Notes: generated from the letters alone by a model not told the origin. 64,000 bases of DNA from a virus (IMGVR_UViG_3300001525_000313:1-64000), one strand, 5' to 3'; numbered from the stretch's first letter, positions 40,871 to 53,342 are shown. Program-made: numbers and translations.

Positions 40871-43540
40871 CTATTTTGATATTGCCTTGACTAGTACAAC
40901 AACATTGTTTAAAACTGGAATCATAAAATGATGCTTAATGTAATATGGCTTTATATAACATCTTGGTGTCATAATCGTATCTGTTACATTTGAAAGTGTT
41001 ATTACTATACGTTTAGTGTCTGTAGGTGCTTCATATTCATATAAAATATCATTAGCAGTATCATCGTTATTATATAAAAATTTATATTTATATAAATTTT
41101 TATCTAGTGCATCATCTTTAAATTGACCGGTTAACTCATCATATGAATCTGGATTTATATAACCGGTTAATGTACCATAGTTTTCATTCTTACTATAATC
41201 AGTTTTAAATTCATCAGATTCATCTTCTCTTGTCTGTACTTCATAAGAATATGTACAGCATAATCTATATCCACGTTTTAATTTAATTCGTGTATCTTCA
41301 GTGGTCTCTAGCTTTATTGTAATTAAATCATTTTCATAAATTTTACTACCTGCTACTATTACAGGTATTTGTTCTATATCTGTTGATGTTATATGTACTG
41401 TTCTCCATGCAATAGAACTTTTTGCAACAAAACCTGACTCAATTTGTCCATTATATACATAATAGCAATAATGATAATTATATTTATTAGCTGGATCAAG
41501 TTCAGAATTATTTTCATCTTCTGAATTATTTTCATCTTCAGAAGAGTCTTCATTGATATAGTTGAAGCTAATTTTAAATAAGTTTTCATCTTTTAAATCG
41601 AATTCTTTTCTATCTAGTTCGCCATAATTATCCTGATATTTAACTAATATATCATAATCAAGAATCTCTTGCTCAATTGATGAATCAGGATTATCATTAT
41701 TATAGCTTATTAAATGATATATTTTTGGATAGTTGTAATTTTCTGATTTTGATTCATTCTTATATTTTTCATCATAGTCATATCTTGGATATTTATTGTA
41801 ATAATAAACTGTCCCATCAGTATCAGTAAATTCACCACGCAATGGATATACCGTATCAGTATATTTATTTCCATCACTGTCAACATGATCAACCATATAT
41901 GAATAGTTTAAACTATTGTCACCGTCCTCTAATGCAGCATATAGGTGATCAATCTCATCATTTGTAAGCGTTGCAGTATTAGCGAGTGTTGTATCAATTG
42001 TGCCAAAGGTTGTATCACGTACTAAACAGCTTTCCATGCGAATTACATGATCTGAAGCTTTATGTACTAAATAATTTATTACAGAAATTTCAGGTTTTCG
42101 TTCACCAATTGTTGAACCGTAATAATTAATTAATTCTGATTGTATTTTTGTTGCAACCTCAGATGCTGAAACACCAAGTAAATAGCAATCAGCTTTAACA
42201 ACAATTGTATATGGATCTTTTCCATAAGGAACCATTACAATACAATCTGATCTTGATGAACGTTCTTTTAAATCTTCCCACATCTGTTTTCTTGCTGAGA
42301 AATTATCATCTGTAGAAATGTAAATTACTCTTGGCAATAGCTGTGTGCCATAAGGCAATATATCTTTATAGTTATCACCATGATCAAATACAGTACAATA
42401 AGATGAATAAGCTGATTTAATATATGTTGAATAATTATCCTTTGTTAACAAAGCTGAATAATCATGCAAATACTTTTTGTATTGCTCACGAGTTACAACT
42501 GGATCTTCATAATCTCTGTAACCCTTAATACCATTTCCTAAATCAACTTTATATGAAGTTTTAATATCGAGATCATCTGCTGCAACAGCTTTTGTAATAT
42601 AATTTGACAAATCAACAGCTTCAGTATTTTCATCAGTCGGTTCTATAACATTATTCATAACCTGAATATATTCAAATGTAAATGTATCTGCTTGGTTAAA
42701 TAAAATGCTATAGTCTGTTGTGAATTCAATATTTAATACAAGTGAATTACCAATAAATTTTGGTGTTAATGAATATGAGTGTTCGCTATAACCAGTACTA
42801 ATTACATCTACAACATATTGTAATTCTTCATCAGTATATTCATTTGCTCTATGACATATAAGTCTAAATAGTCTGCGATCAATCATTGCATCAGGTAATG
42901 TTACTGTTGAATCCTGATTAATGTCTTTATATGAAAATTGAAAATCAGCTTTTTTACCTAATACTACTGGTAAATGTACTGATCTATTATAAATAGTACT
43001 AGCATACCTAGAATAGATGTCTCTATTATTTTTTAAATCATGATCATAAGGTTCTTGATCATTAAAATTTGACTCATTTACATAATTACGAATAGTTTCA
43101 ATATATTCATTATCTAGTGGTTCTTGTAATATTGAATTAATGCTTTTTGTAGCATATAAAACATCACCAGTAGATTTTACTTTAATTTCATCAAATTTAT
43201 TTATCTGTAATTGTACTTTTCCACCAGTTTCAAAGTCTTCATTTGCTGTAATAGTTAAAGTGCCAAATGATGAATTTGGTAACATAAGGTTGTAACCTTC
43301 ACGTAGAGCATAAGAATATATTGATGATGCTCGCTGTGCAGTTGAAATGTCACATTCACGTCTTATTTCATCAATTGTATAATGAAGCTGATCACCAATT
43401 CGTGCTAATGTTTCAGCATATATAACAACCGGGTCTGCTAAATTTGTATAATCCCAATCTTGTGGCAATCGTGTTCTTAAAAATTGTATAATTTCTTCAC
43501 GTAAAGTTGAATAGTCTCTACCTAAAAATCTAGAAGCCAT
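40871..43540 (-). CDS. Baseplate wedge protein (T4 gp6/P2 gpJ-like)
   Basis: RDYSTLREEI...DWDYTNLADP...TAQRASSI...GY; later LLTKDNY; follows gp25-like gene. Confidence 0.75.
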   Translation of the reverse strand: MASRFLGRDYSTLREEIIQFLRTRLPQDWDYTNLADPVVIYAETLARIGDQLHYTIDEIRRECDISTAQRASSIYSYALREGYNLMLPNSSFGTLTITANEDFETGGKVQLQINKFDEIKVKSTGDVLYATKSINSILQEPLDNEYIETIRNYVNESNFNDQEPYDHDLKNNRDIYSRYASTIYNRSVHLPVVLGKKADFQFSYKDINQDSTVTLPDAMIDRRLFRLICHRANEYTDEELQYVVDVISTGYSEHSYSLTPKFIGNSLVLNIEFTTDYSILFNQADTFTFEYIQVMNNVIEPTDENTEAVDLSNYITKAVAADDLDIKTSYKVDLGNGIKGYRDYEDPVVTREQYKKYLHDYSALLTKDNYSTYIKSAYSSYCTVFDHGDNYKDILPYGTQLLPRVIYISTDDNFSARKQMWEDLKERSSRSDCIVMVPYGKDPYTIVVKADCYLLGVSASEVATKIQSELINYYGSTIGERKPEISVINYLVHKASDHVIRMESCLVRDTTFGTIDTTLANTATLTNDEIDHLYAALEDGDNSLNYSYMVDHVDSDGNKYTDTVYPLRGEFTDTDGTVYYYNKYPRYDYDEKYKNESKSENYNYPKIYHLISYNNDNPDSSIEQEILDYDILVKYQDNYGELDRKEFDLKDENLFKISFNYINEDSSEDENNSEDENNSELDPANKYNYHYCYYVYNGQIESGFVAKSSIAWRTVHITSTDIEQIPVIVAGSKIYENDLITIKLETTEDTRIKLKRGYRLCCTYSYEVQTREDESDEFKTDYSKNENYGTLTGYINPDSYDELTGQFKDDALDKNLYKYKFLYNNDDTANDILYEYEAPTDTKRIVITLSNVTDTIMTPRCYIKPYYIKHHFMIPVLNNVVVLVKAISK

Positions 43541-43648
43541 TTAATAACCTCACTATTTATTTATATACTTAATAGGCCTACACTGTATAGCTATATAATG
43601 AATGGATAGTTAACGAACATATTTCTCATTTATATAAGAATAAAAAAT

Positions 43649-43685
43649 AAACCCAATACAATAATATACATTACGTATTGGGTTT
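43649..43685 (-). terminator. Intergenic hairpin
   Basis: AAACCCAATAC...GTATTGGGTTT preceded by A tract. Confidence 0.6.
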
Positions 43686-43705
43686 TATAAATTTTAATAG
43701 CTAAA

Positions 43706-44056
43706 TTAAGATGCAATACCATCTGAAATTTTTAAATTCAATGAAACTTTTTCAGATTGTCTATTAAGTACTATATTAAAATATAATTGATTATTTGTTA
43801 CATAATATGAAATATTCGACAATGTAACACCGCCAAGTAATGCTATAGCATTCTTAATTTCCTGACCAATCATATTTATTGTAAAATAATTTAATATGCT
43901 AAATCGGAACTTGTTTAAGTTACTTCCATATGTCGGATAATAAAATCTAGATCCAAATGGCGTATTTAATATTGAAATCAATTGTGCACGAATTGATTCT
44001 ATATCATTTGCATAAACAAAATTTTTATCATTATAATTTCCGATAAAAGTTTTCAT
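43706..44056 (-). CDS. Baseplate gp25/gpW-like sheath initiator
   Basis: SIRAQLISILNTPFGSRFYYPTYGSNL. Confidence 0.85.
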   Translation of the reverse strand: MKTFIGNYNDKNFVYANDIESIRAQLISILNTPFGSRFYYPTYGSNLNKFRFSILNYFTINMIGQEIKNAIALLGGVTLSNISYYVTNNQLYFNIVLNRQSEKVSLNLKISDGIAS

Positions 44057-44703
44057 CTTAAAATATCCACTACATATAAATTTTGTACATCATTACCAGT
44101 TGCTATACAAAGTGCCAAATCACCTGCTTTTATAAATAATTCCTCTTCATCAACTTCATCACCTTCAGAAGCGCCTTCTGACTTTACACACCAAGGAAGT
44201 TGTGCAGCTTTTTGTGATGTTAACTCAATATCGAGATTCTCACCTTCGGTAGCCATATCAATTTCAGCACCCATAGCTTGTTCTATTTTTGCCATTCCTG
44301 ATGCAGCTGATATTGTAAATGGCGTTGTTGAAGTTCCTGGTAGTGCTGGTATTGTTACAGTTGTTCCCATTAAAGGTGGGCCGCCTGCCAATGTTACATT
44401 ACTAAGCTGTGCATTTGGCATTGAAATTTTACCTTTTAATTTAGCACTACCTTTAAATGTAATTTTTGGTGGATTTTTCCATGCTATATAAGCAGCTCTA
44501 AGTGTCCATGATGCTTTTGCTTTAAGTTGAGTTGAGCCTTCTTTACCATGCTCTGGTCCATCTTCGGTACCTGCAACATCGTAAACATCAACCCATAAAT
44601 TGCCATCTTCAGCAAAGCTACTACCAACGTCTTCACATATACGTCCAATATATACTGATAATGAATTGCGTGGTATTGTAAATTTATCTGATAAATTAGC
44701 CAT
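44053..44703 (-). CDS. Putative baseplate spike/assembly protein
   Basis: Position between hub-like and gp25-like genes; probable start MANLSD after GGAG. Confidence 0.45.
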   Translation of the reverse strand: MANLSDKFTIPRNSLSVYIGRICEDVGSSFAEDGNLWVDVYDVAGTEDGPEHGKEGSTQLKAKASWTLRAAYIAWKNPPKITFKGSAKLKGKISMPNAQLSNVTLAGGPPLMGTTVTIPALPGTSTTPFTISAASGMAKIEQAMGAEIDMATEGENLDIELTSQKAAQLPWCVKSEGASEGDEVDEEELFIKAGDLALCIATGNDVQNLYVVDILR

Positions 44704-44735
44704 TAATACAAGCTCCAAATATTAAATATTATTTA

Positions 44736-47168
44736 TTATGTACAATATCCGATAATATCAGCACATCGCCTACAGAATGCTTTTTGTCGCATATAGCGTT
44801 CTTTATCATTATAATAAATTTGATATTGCTGTTGTACATTTTTACCGGCGGATGAATATATCAAACCGGTGACTGAATTTCCAGCACGTGCAATTCTAAC
44901 AGCATCTTGTATACCAATTTTATGTGAAGCTGTAGATTGTTTCTTTTTAAGAGTACTTATAGTTGGTGTCCAAAACTTCTGTACCCATAATCTAAAAAGA
45001 TATTTATTATAAATATAATCGCCACTATCTGTTCTATAATAAACTACTTTTTTAGCCCAAGCTACCCAAGCGCTATCTTGTTTTAACCCTTTATCAAACA
45101 ATCTTATTGATGGGTGCTTTTTAGAAAATACTGGCGCTACTCTATCGATTCCATTAAACTTAATCGGTTTCCAACCAGTTATGCTATTATCTGTAACAAG
45201 TAATGATTTAAAATGATCTTTTTGTGCTTGTGTTGCAACGTCTGATTTATCAAATCCAATTGTTGTATAAATATCATCTAAATTTCCACTGTCCCAATGT
45301 GCAATTCCTAAACCACCTTTTGTATGATCAAATGGCGCCTTGCCTGTATTACTTGCACAAAATGGTTTTTTCTTTTTATAATCTGGATTTAAATTAACGG
45401 CATCTAAAGACCAATTTGCTGGTGCACCTGATACGCCATAGTTTGCAACAGCAAGTAAAAGTGTTAGTAAACCATAATCACCAGATGCAATTAAATTTTG
45501 TACAAAGCTATATGATATATATCTATTTGCCCCATTAGCTGAACCATAACTTTTAAGAAATTCATTAACATGCATATCAAACTCGCCATTATTTAATAAT
45601 ATCTCTGTTCGATCTAATGATAATGATGTAACTTTTTTATCCTCAGAACATAAATATTTTTTATAATCAGTTGGATTGCTATTTGAACTATTATCTGAGC
45701 TTTGTTGTGAAGATGAACTAGAATCTGATGAACTTTGATTTTCGCTTGGTATTGACATAGATGGATCATATGACATATTTACAAATGCTGAATCATCATT
45801 TGCAGAATTAGAATAATCTTTCAACGAACTTAAAAGGTTTTCATTATATATATCATCCATAGTTACGGTAGCCTCATTGATATTAAATACATTAGTACAT
45901 TCAATGCTTGCTTTTACAACTGCGCCCGAAAAATCATATTCAACTGAACGTATTACTGCATTAACACACAATGTTGGAATCGGTAAACCTGATTCATCAT
46001 AACATTCTAATGCAATTGTTTGTTCTATATTATTTATAGAAAAACACATGGTATTATAGCATTCAATCTTTATTATAACTGGATCATTTTGTGGTTGATC
46101 AGCTGTGCTTTGATTTGATGATTCTACTTGACTAATATTGCCAGTTTGCATTGAATAGCTATTATTATATAATGTATAATGACCATTTAAGCTACCACGA
46201 ACATTACCCATTAATGAAAGATTTGTATTTGTATATTCTGTTGAAAAACTGGTTAATGGTATAACTAATTTGCCATCTTCCCGATTACGATATGGTAACC
46301 ATTTTCCATTTTGTACAAATACAAGATCAGATGTTTCAGTTTCGGGTGTTCGAGGTGCTGTTGATTTTTTTGGATTTGCATTATAAATTATAAATTTACC
46401 ATTTTCTACATAATACCCAAGTGGGTCGCCTGATTTTGTTGTTGCATGCTGAGTAAGTATTGCATAAGCACTAACAAGATAATTACCACCAATAGAGTCT
46501 AGTTTATCAGGTTCATAATAAAAATTACCATTAATTTTTAATTTACTATCTAAGTCGAAATATTCTTTACCTTCATCAACAAATACAATTGGATATGACT
46601 GTCCGGAATCGCTTTGTACTGTAGTAATAAAGCCATTAGGTGTTTGATATGTACCTGGCCTTATTTGTTCAGGTGGTGTCCAATTAGGTGCTATCACGCT
46701 CCAATTAATAGTAATAGTAGCCATAGTACCAGAATAAGACATATTCCAGCTAAGTATATTTCCTTGAAATTCAATAGTCCCTGTATAGCATGAGATCTTA
46801 ATAAGTATTGGTGGTGTTATTGAAGCATTACTATCATTATTTATTACACCATCTAGCTCACCAGATAATAAATTAAATAAAGTATGCCTATAATCAGCAA
46901 CAACAATAGTACCACTAGTACTAGATTGATCAGCATTAGCAGTTGCAGCCTGCGCATTAGTACTCGTACCAGCATTAGCATTAGCTGCTTGATCACCACC
47001 ACCGATTGATGGTCCTTTTATACTAATAGACTGCAATTGTACATTATCTATTTTTCTACCTGGAAAATTTGCTTTTTTGTTTATATTTGAGATAGTATAA
47101 TTGCCTAAACTTGTCGCTAATTTCACTTCAACAACATTATAATCTTTATATTCAGGATATAGCTGCAT
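44736..47168 (-). CDS. Putative baseplate hub protein with basic C-terminal (possibly lytic) domain
   Basis: Gene order after LysM-like gene; Ser-rich linker then GGLGIAHWD-containing domain. Confidence 0.45.
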   Translation of the reverse strand: MQLYPEYKDYNVVEVKLATSLGNYTISNINKKANFPGRKIDNVQLQSISIKGPSIGGGDQAANANAGTSTNAQAATANADQSSTSGTIVVADYRHTLFNLLSGELDGVINNDSNASITPPILIKISCYTGTIEFQGNILSWNMSYSGTMATITINWSVIAPNWTPPEQIRPGTYQTPNGFITTVQSDSGQSYPIVFVDEGKEYFDLDSKLKINGNFYYEPDKLDSIGGNYLVSAYAILTQHATTKSGDPLGYYVENGKFIIYNANPKKSTAPRTPETETSDLVFVQNGKWLPYRNREDGKLVIPLTSFSTEYTNTNLSLMGNVRGSLNGHYTLYNNSYSMQTGNISQVESSNQSTADQPQNDPVIIKIECYNTMCFSINNIEQTIALECYDESGLPIPTLCVNAVIRSVEYDFSGAVVKASIECTNVFNINEATVTMDDIYNENLLSSLKDYSNSANDDSAFVNMSYDPSMSIPSENQSSSDSSSSSQQSSDNSSNSNPTDYKKYLCSEDKKVTSLSLDRTEILLNNGEFDMHVNEFLKSYGSANGANRYISYSFVQNLIASGDYGLLTLLLAVANYGVSGAPANWSLDAVNLNPDYKKKKPFCASNTGKAPFDHTKGGLGIAHWDSGNLDDIYTTIGFDKSDVATQAQKDHFKSLLVTDNSITGWKPIKFNGIDRVAPVFSKKHPSIRLFDKGLKQDSAWVAWAKKVVYYRTDSGDYIYNKYLFRLWVQKFWTPTISTLKKKQSTASHKIGIQDAVRIARAGNSVTGLIYSSAGKNVQQQYQIYYNDKERYMRQKAFCRRCADIIGYCT

Positions 47169-47179
47169 ATAGATACCAT

Positions 47180-47434
47180 TTAAAGTCTAGGAATCTTTAA
47201 TTTATCTCCAACTGAAATATCAGTTGGATTAATTATACTATTAAATCTCGCAATTAACCACCAATTAACTGGTGTACCATATACTCTATAAGATACTAAA
47301 TCTAATCGATGATCTTCATTTGCTAAAACTGTAATAGTATCATATTGATAATTATTAGTCGTAAAGTTATTCTGTGGTATATTATTTTCATTATCTGAAT
47401 TATAGTATCTTGAATTTTGATTATACTTTAACAT
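47180..47434 (-). CDS. LysM-like baseplate protein (gp53/tail X-like)
   Basis: RLDLVSYRVYGTPVNWWLIARFNSIINP...GDKLKIP. Confidence 0.82.
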   Translation of the reverse strand: MLKYNQNSRYYNSDNENNIPQNNFTTNNYQYDTITVLANEDHRLDLVSYRVYGTPVNWWLIARFNSIINPTDISVGDKLKIPRL

Positions 47435-47435
47435 A

Positions 47436-49073
47436 CTATTCGCCCTCTACTGAAGATGTATCGGATTCAGGCTCAGATTCAGATGCAGACCACGATTTCT
47501 CTTCTTCTGTTAAATAATCTACTTCAGTCCATAATGCTTGTTCAACATCATCTTCTGTTGTTGCTTCTTGTTTTTGTTCTGATGATTTTTTACGATTTTC
47601 TTCTGCTTGTTTACGATCATCTTCCCATCTAGCAAAGTCTTCATCTGAATCATAAGACAAGTTTTTATTATCGGCTACAATTGCCCATTTAGCTTTACTA
47701 TCTGTTGTTGCCATTAATTTAATATCTTTTACAATTAATAAAGTAAATGTAATTTCTAATTGTGTATAATAATAATTAGTTGCATACTGATGATCACAAT
47801 AAGCGCCGCTACCAAATCCATTTTCCCAAGTTTGATCATAAACACCAGGTCGTGTATCAGATTTAGTAAGATCACCAGTCATGTCACCATTATATGTAAT
47901 CTGTACAGATGTCATATAACCAATTTCAGATATACCAGGCAATATTACTTTTACTAATTTTGGCGAAATAGAATTTCCGAACTCCCATGGACGCGTAAAA
48001 TTCTCAGCTATATCAGCTATTGCCTGTAATGATAATGAAGTACCACTGCTAGTAGTAGGACCTTCAACACCAGTACTAAATGTTTTAACTTCATCATTAT
48101 GCCATTTTAAAACAAATGATAAAGATATTGCATTCGCATTTGAATATAGCTGAAATGGCTGTTGTGTACCACGTGTAGGTACTGATTCATAACTAGCCTC
48201 TGCACTATATGATATACTTTCAGGCTGTTGATAACATAACAGCTGACTAATAGAATTACCATAGTCTGGATCATTACCAGGCATATCATATATCATTGCT
48301 TGTATATCATTGTATGCTGAAATTTTACTTTTATTATCTTTATTTACTTCTATATTTGAGTTTGAAACTTGTCCAGGTACATGATAATAGAAGTTACCAT
48401 TTCTAATTTCTGCTAACTTACTTTTATCAATTTCTTTTTCGTTCTCTTCATTTATATTTGAAGCTTCATCTACAAAATTATATATTCTGTATTTACCATC
48501 ATCTTTTTTAATTTGCTTATCTGTAACAGAATATACTACAGGATCACCATATTTTTCAGTTGTACTATCATCCCACATTTTTAACTTTTCATATAGTGGC
48601 ATGAAATCTAATACAACTGGTTCTGGGTTAAAATCTTTACATGCTATAATATATACAGATCCAGCGGATGTAAATATAAAATATTCATCAGTAAAATTTA
48701 CTAATTGAATCCAGCCATTAGCTGATGCAGATTTTTTATCAATTTCACCTGCAAAATTTTTATATGTTTTACCGCCTTTAAATTTACCGTACTGATACAA
48801 TGTTGCATCATTAGAATATTCAAGCTGAACTGATTTTGCTTCCGGCAGTGCCAATGCTTCATCGTATAGCTCTTTTGTAAATTCTAATGGCTGTACAGCA
48901 TCAACATTATCAGATGAATCTTGGTTATCATTATTATTTTCTGAATTAGCATTTTTATTATATTTTGCTTTTTTAACTAGTTTGTCAAAAAAGTATACAG
49001 TTGTATCTTTGACACCTAAGCATAATCTATAGCTAAATTGTCTTAATTCAGTATTACCAATTGTATCAGCCAT
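47436..49073 (-). CDS. Putative tail tube initiator (gp48/gp54-like domain)
   Basis: PESISYS...GTQQPFQLYSN...ISLSF...PKLVKV...GYMTSVQITY; directly after tape measure. Confidence 0.6.
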   Translation of the reverse strand: MADTIGNTELRQFSYRLCLGVKDTTVYFFDKLVKKAKYNKNANSENNNDNQDSSDNVDAVQPLEFTKELYDEALALPEAKSVQLEYSNDATLYQYGKFKGGKTYKNFAGEIDKKSASANGWIQLVNFTDEYFIFTSAGSVYIIACKDFNPEPVVLDFMPLYEKLKMWDDSTTEKYGDPVVYSVTDKQIKKDDGKYRIYNFVDEASNINEENEKEIDKSKLAEIRNGNFYYHVPGQVSNSNIEVNKDNKSKISAYNDIQAMIYDMPGNDPDYGNSISQLLCYQQPESISYSAEASYESVPTRGTQQPFQLYSNANAISLSFVLKWHNDEVKTFSTGVEGPTTSSGTSLSLQAIADIAENFTRPWEFGNSISPKLVKVILPGISEIGYMTSVQITYNGDMTGDLTKSDTRPGVYDQTWENGFGSGAYCDHQYATNYYYTQLEITFTLLIVKDIKLMATTDSKAKWAIVADNKNLSYDSDEDFARWEDDRKQAEENRKKSSEQKQEATTEDDVEQALWTEVDYLTEEEKSWSASESEPESDTSSVEGE

Positions 49074-49107
49074 AAGAATTTCCTAATATATTATAAATAG
49101 TTATTAA

Positions 49108-52100
49108 TTATGCAAATGAAGCATTAACTGGGCGCGATACTGGTGTTACTGCCTTTTTATTTGCAGGTGACAATGCAATATCACGTAAATATTTAATCAT
49201 TGTACTAAGTGCTTCAAGTACTTCAGGTGAAGTTCGTTTATTACCAAGTAAACTTAGTGCAGATTTACTAAATTCAAGTGCATTACGTTTTGCCTCTAAT
49301 GATGAAGAAGCTGCAATATCAGCAATCGCAGATTCATAATCAGCTACAAGTTCAGAGTACATACTGCTTGATTGTAAATTTTGATAGTCTGTACCAATAA
49401 ACTGTGAGATAAAATCATGTAAACTTGCACTATTTGTAAATATGCTCTCGTCTACTAAAGCGGCTAACTTAGAAGTTTCACTTTCAGTAGATGAATCTGA
49501 ATTATAACCTGGACCAAATTTTGCACCTTCTGGTAAATTAAATTCACCGCTTGCTTGTGCAAATAATCCTGGAAGTTCACCAATTATATATTGTTCACCA
49601 GGTTTTGGTGGTGTAACTGTTACGCCTCGACAAGGTGTTTGCAAGTCTCGTAAGAATGTGCCTTTTTCATATGAAGCTGAACCACCAGATGAATGTAATT
49701 TTTGATGACCATAATATACAAGACCAATATGACCAGGCTCTGTTTTACCCTTTGCAACTTGGAAGAATAACATACCTGGTGGTGCTGTTTGTATAGTTAA
49801 ATCATCGCGTACTCTAAAATCTGGAAATTCTTCAAGTTCACCTTTTCTATCACCGCGTTTAAGTTTTGATCTTTTGCCGGATTTTAATTTAGCAAATGTA
49901 GCTTTTACACTATGAATATGAAAATCTTTCATGTCAAATCCGGATGATCTTAATGCTGCATCTGTTAGCTCATTACATACATATCCAAGTTTACCTAAAC
50001 TTCTAAGAATATATGGTTTACCAAGCTGTGTAACACCCCAATCAAGTGCTCGCTCAGCATAAGTGCCGCGAATTAAATCGCGACCTTCTTGAATTGCTGC
50101 ATTCTGTAGTGCTTCAGCATACCATTTTTTACGTTGTTTAAATGCATTTTTATATTTACCATTTTTACCATGTAATAAAAGATTATATACAAAACCTGAC
50201 AATGGACCTGCGAAACTTAAGATTTTTCTAATTGTTGCTGGATCATCACCTGGAACATCACCACCATTTAATTGAGTTGGTACATTAGTTGTATTTATTT
50301 GAGTGCTATTTTGTGTATTATTTTGAGTATTATTTTTTGTAGTATTATTTTGTGGCTGTGCATTATTATTATATTTTACAATGCTAGCAATAAAGTCTTT
50401 AAAAGAAAAGTTTTTGCTTGATAGTAAGGACTTTAATATTATACTTCGCTCAGTTAAATTAAGTTTATTTAATATATTAAGTAATCTATCTGGTCTTGTA
50501 AGTGGCAATACAGCCTCTTTACCAGCTTCACCAACAATTGCATTAGTTGCTTGATTAAATACACCACCGACGGCAAGCTTTTTAGGTATTGCTTTTTCAG
50601 CTTCAGCCTTGCCTAATAACATTGCTATGGCTGCTCGACGACCATCATCATCTGGAAATATTGATGCCCATTCTTTATTTAGTTCATTGGCACTCATTTT
50701 CTTCCAGTCATCAATGTCTTTACCAAGAAAATCATCAAGCGTTGGATCTGTTAGCCACTCTTTATTATGTTTAATTGCATTATTAAGAATATCTAATCGA
50801 CTTTTAGCTAATTGATCTGCAGATTGGTCTTTAGTTGCTAATAGTCGACGACCGGTGACTGCATGTGTTCCAGTGAAAGCACCCTTAAGGGAATTACCAG
50901 TGCCATTAGTTGTAATGTCTTTATAAAGACTATGATAATAGTCTTCGTTTGATTCATTGTTACGTCTTTCACGTGCCTTATAATTGCTAGCTTGTGCATT
51001 AAGTACAAATTGAATTTCTCTTTCTAATTCTGTATTATTATTCTTTTTAGCATCTTCTAATGCACTATTTGCTTTATCAGCATCATCAGTTAATTCCTTC
51101 TTTTGCATTATATCAGCAATTATTTGTAGTGGTGTTGTAATTAAATCAAGCGCAAATGATATTGGTTTAAGTACAACCGCATGTATTGGTGCAATGCTCT
51201 GTAAAACTTTACCAACTACTTCTAATACTGGTGTTAAAACTTTAGCGATTATACTAAGTACTGGGCCAATTGATTTAAGCATTGTTTCTAATATAGGTGT
51301 TAATACATCAAATACTGTTTTTATAATTGGCATTACAGCATTTATTAAAGTATTAAATATTGGTAAAACAGTTTTTGCAACTGTGTCAATAATTGGAGTT
51401 AATACTTTAAATATAGAAGTTAGTATTGGCGTTAATAATTTAAATATAGAAGTCAATATTGGTGTTAATGCTTTAAATATAGAATTTAATATTGGAGTTA
51501 TAGCTTTTAATACACCATCTAAAATTGGTACCAGTGCTTTAACTAAATCACCTAAAGCAGAACCTAATGATGATACTAAATCTTGTAAAACAGGGCCTAA
51601 TGATGATAATAAATCTTTTATAACAGGACCTAATGTATTAGTAAGATCTGATAATATTGGCGCAATTGTTTTTAAAATATCGTCTAATATAGGTTTTAAA
51701 CCATCAAGTGCACCTGTCATTGCTAATAGAGCAACTGCACCACCAGCAATTCCAAGACCTTTACCAAGTTTACCCATACCGCCTAATTTAGTACCTAGGC
51801 CTTTAGGTACACCACCTAATTTACCACCTAAACCTTTAGCTACACCAAGTATACTACCACCAATACTTTTTGTGACCTAATTTATCAAATAATTTTCCTG
51901 GTAAATTAGGAAGATCAAAATTCTTAGATACAAGTGATCCTAATAAACCAATAACAATCTTAAATCCGGTGCCAACTATTTTTGTAATATCTACACCTTC
52001 ACCAAACCATTCATCAAGTGTATTAGCTAGAGGGCCTGTAACTTTACCAAGTGTATTATTAAATACATCCTCAAATAAACTAGGAAGTTTACCTTCAGCA

Positions 52101-53254
52101 GTGTTAGTCTGATTAGCTTCTCTAATCTGATCATCTGTGTATAATTCTTTTCTAATATTATGTCCATTTTCCTCAGCTTCTTTTGCACGAGCTGCAAAAT
52201 TAGGTAAAACATCTCCAGCTGCTGTTGCTAAGTTTGACTTAGCAACAATATTATCAAAAAATTTATCTATACTGTCGGCTTTCCCACCTGCGGCCCATAG
52301 GGCTTCAATTTCTTTTGGAAGCTTACCACTAGCAATTAATGCGGGGTTTTGCTGCGCAGTATATGCCATAACGATTTGTGATATTTCATCTGAATCTAAT
52401 ACACCGCCGGCTCGTTCTTCAAGTTGTTTAACCATTGGTATAAGTGTTGCGATTGCCTTATCAGTACCACCAAGTGTACGGCGCTGATTTGCATCTAATG
52501 AAGCTATAACATTACCTAATGATTTTGTAACTTGATTATCACCAAGTGAATTAGCTAGATTCTTCATTGAATCATAAGAAGCTGTCTTAGATAGTTCATA
52601 TGCTTTATCTGCATCCATATTTCTACGACGCATTGCCATATAACCAGCTAGTTCTTCTTTAGACATTCTAGTGACATCTTTACCAGCTGAGATTAAATCT
52701 GCTATATACTCTTTAGCTTGTGCATTGCTTATATTAAGATCGGCAAAATCTTTTGCTAAAATGCCTTTCATAGAAATTGCAAGATCTTGAATCTGATTCT
52801 TCTGATCATGCGACAAGTTTGCTTTACGCATAATAGTAGCTAAATCAGACTGTGTTTTAAGGGCTTTATTTAAATTTTCTTTTAAGAAGCCAGTTAATCC
52901 ATCTAATGCTGTCATGAGACCTTCACGCAACATTTTATTAAACATGTTGCCATTCTTAATCTCGCCATACATGGCTGCTTCAGTAGCACGAGATTTACGA
53001 TTTGCTGCATCAGATGCTAAATTATTTTTACGATCTTCTTTGCGATTATCAGTATTTTGTTTACTTTGTGTAGTTCTTAAAATTTCAACTTCATTTTCTA
53101 ATGATGATATAACAGAGCTTTGACGTGATATGGCTTCTAAAATATCTTTAAGTGCATTATTACCAAATGCAGATACAGTTACATCAGTACTACCTTTTGT
53201 AGCTGCTGTATCAAATTGTTTCACAACATCATTATAATTAACTGCACTAGCCAT
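49108..53254 (-). CDS. Tape measure protein (~1380 aa) with 11-residue repeats and C-terminal NlpC/P60-like hydrolase; +1 frameshift near 51873 splits it into ORFs 51854..53254 and 49108..51777
   Basis: Helical Ala/Leu-rich; (L)TPILxxIFKxL repeats; QLGKPY...VCNELT...GHIGLV...LHS; Gly-rich LGGK repeats lie across the break. Confidence 0.8.
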
Positions 53255-53280
53255 TTTAACACCTCTAAGATATAAAAATA

Positions 53281-53310
53281 AAGTCCATACATCAATTGAT
53301 ATATGGACTT
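53281..53310 (-). terminator. Near-perfect 30-bp palindrome, terminator-like
   Basis: AAGTCCATACATCAA|TTGATATATGGACTT preceded by A tract. Confidence 0.65.
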
Positions 53311-53342
53311 AGCTACTTATTATAAGTAAGATATATTATGAA

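Noticed and set aside
41501-41542. 18-bp tandem duplication (SEDENN x2), and the 15-bp NFTNL x3 repeat near 30622-30665
   Set aside because: Ordinary in-frame slippage repeats in low-complexity segments
51194-51880. 228-aa plus-strand ORF and similar antisense ORFs (7877, 10644, 26163, 52137, 58551)
   Set aside because: Shadow frames of repetitive or biased minus-strand genes; no recognisable motifs
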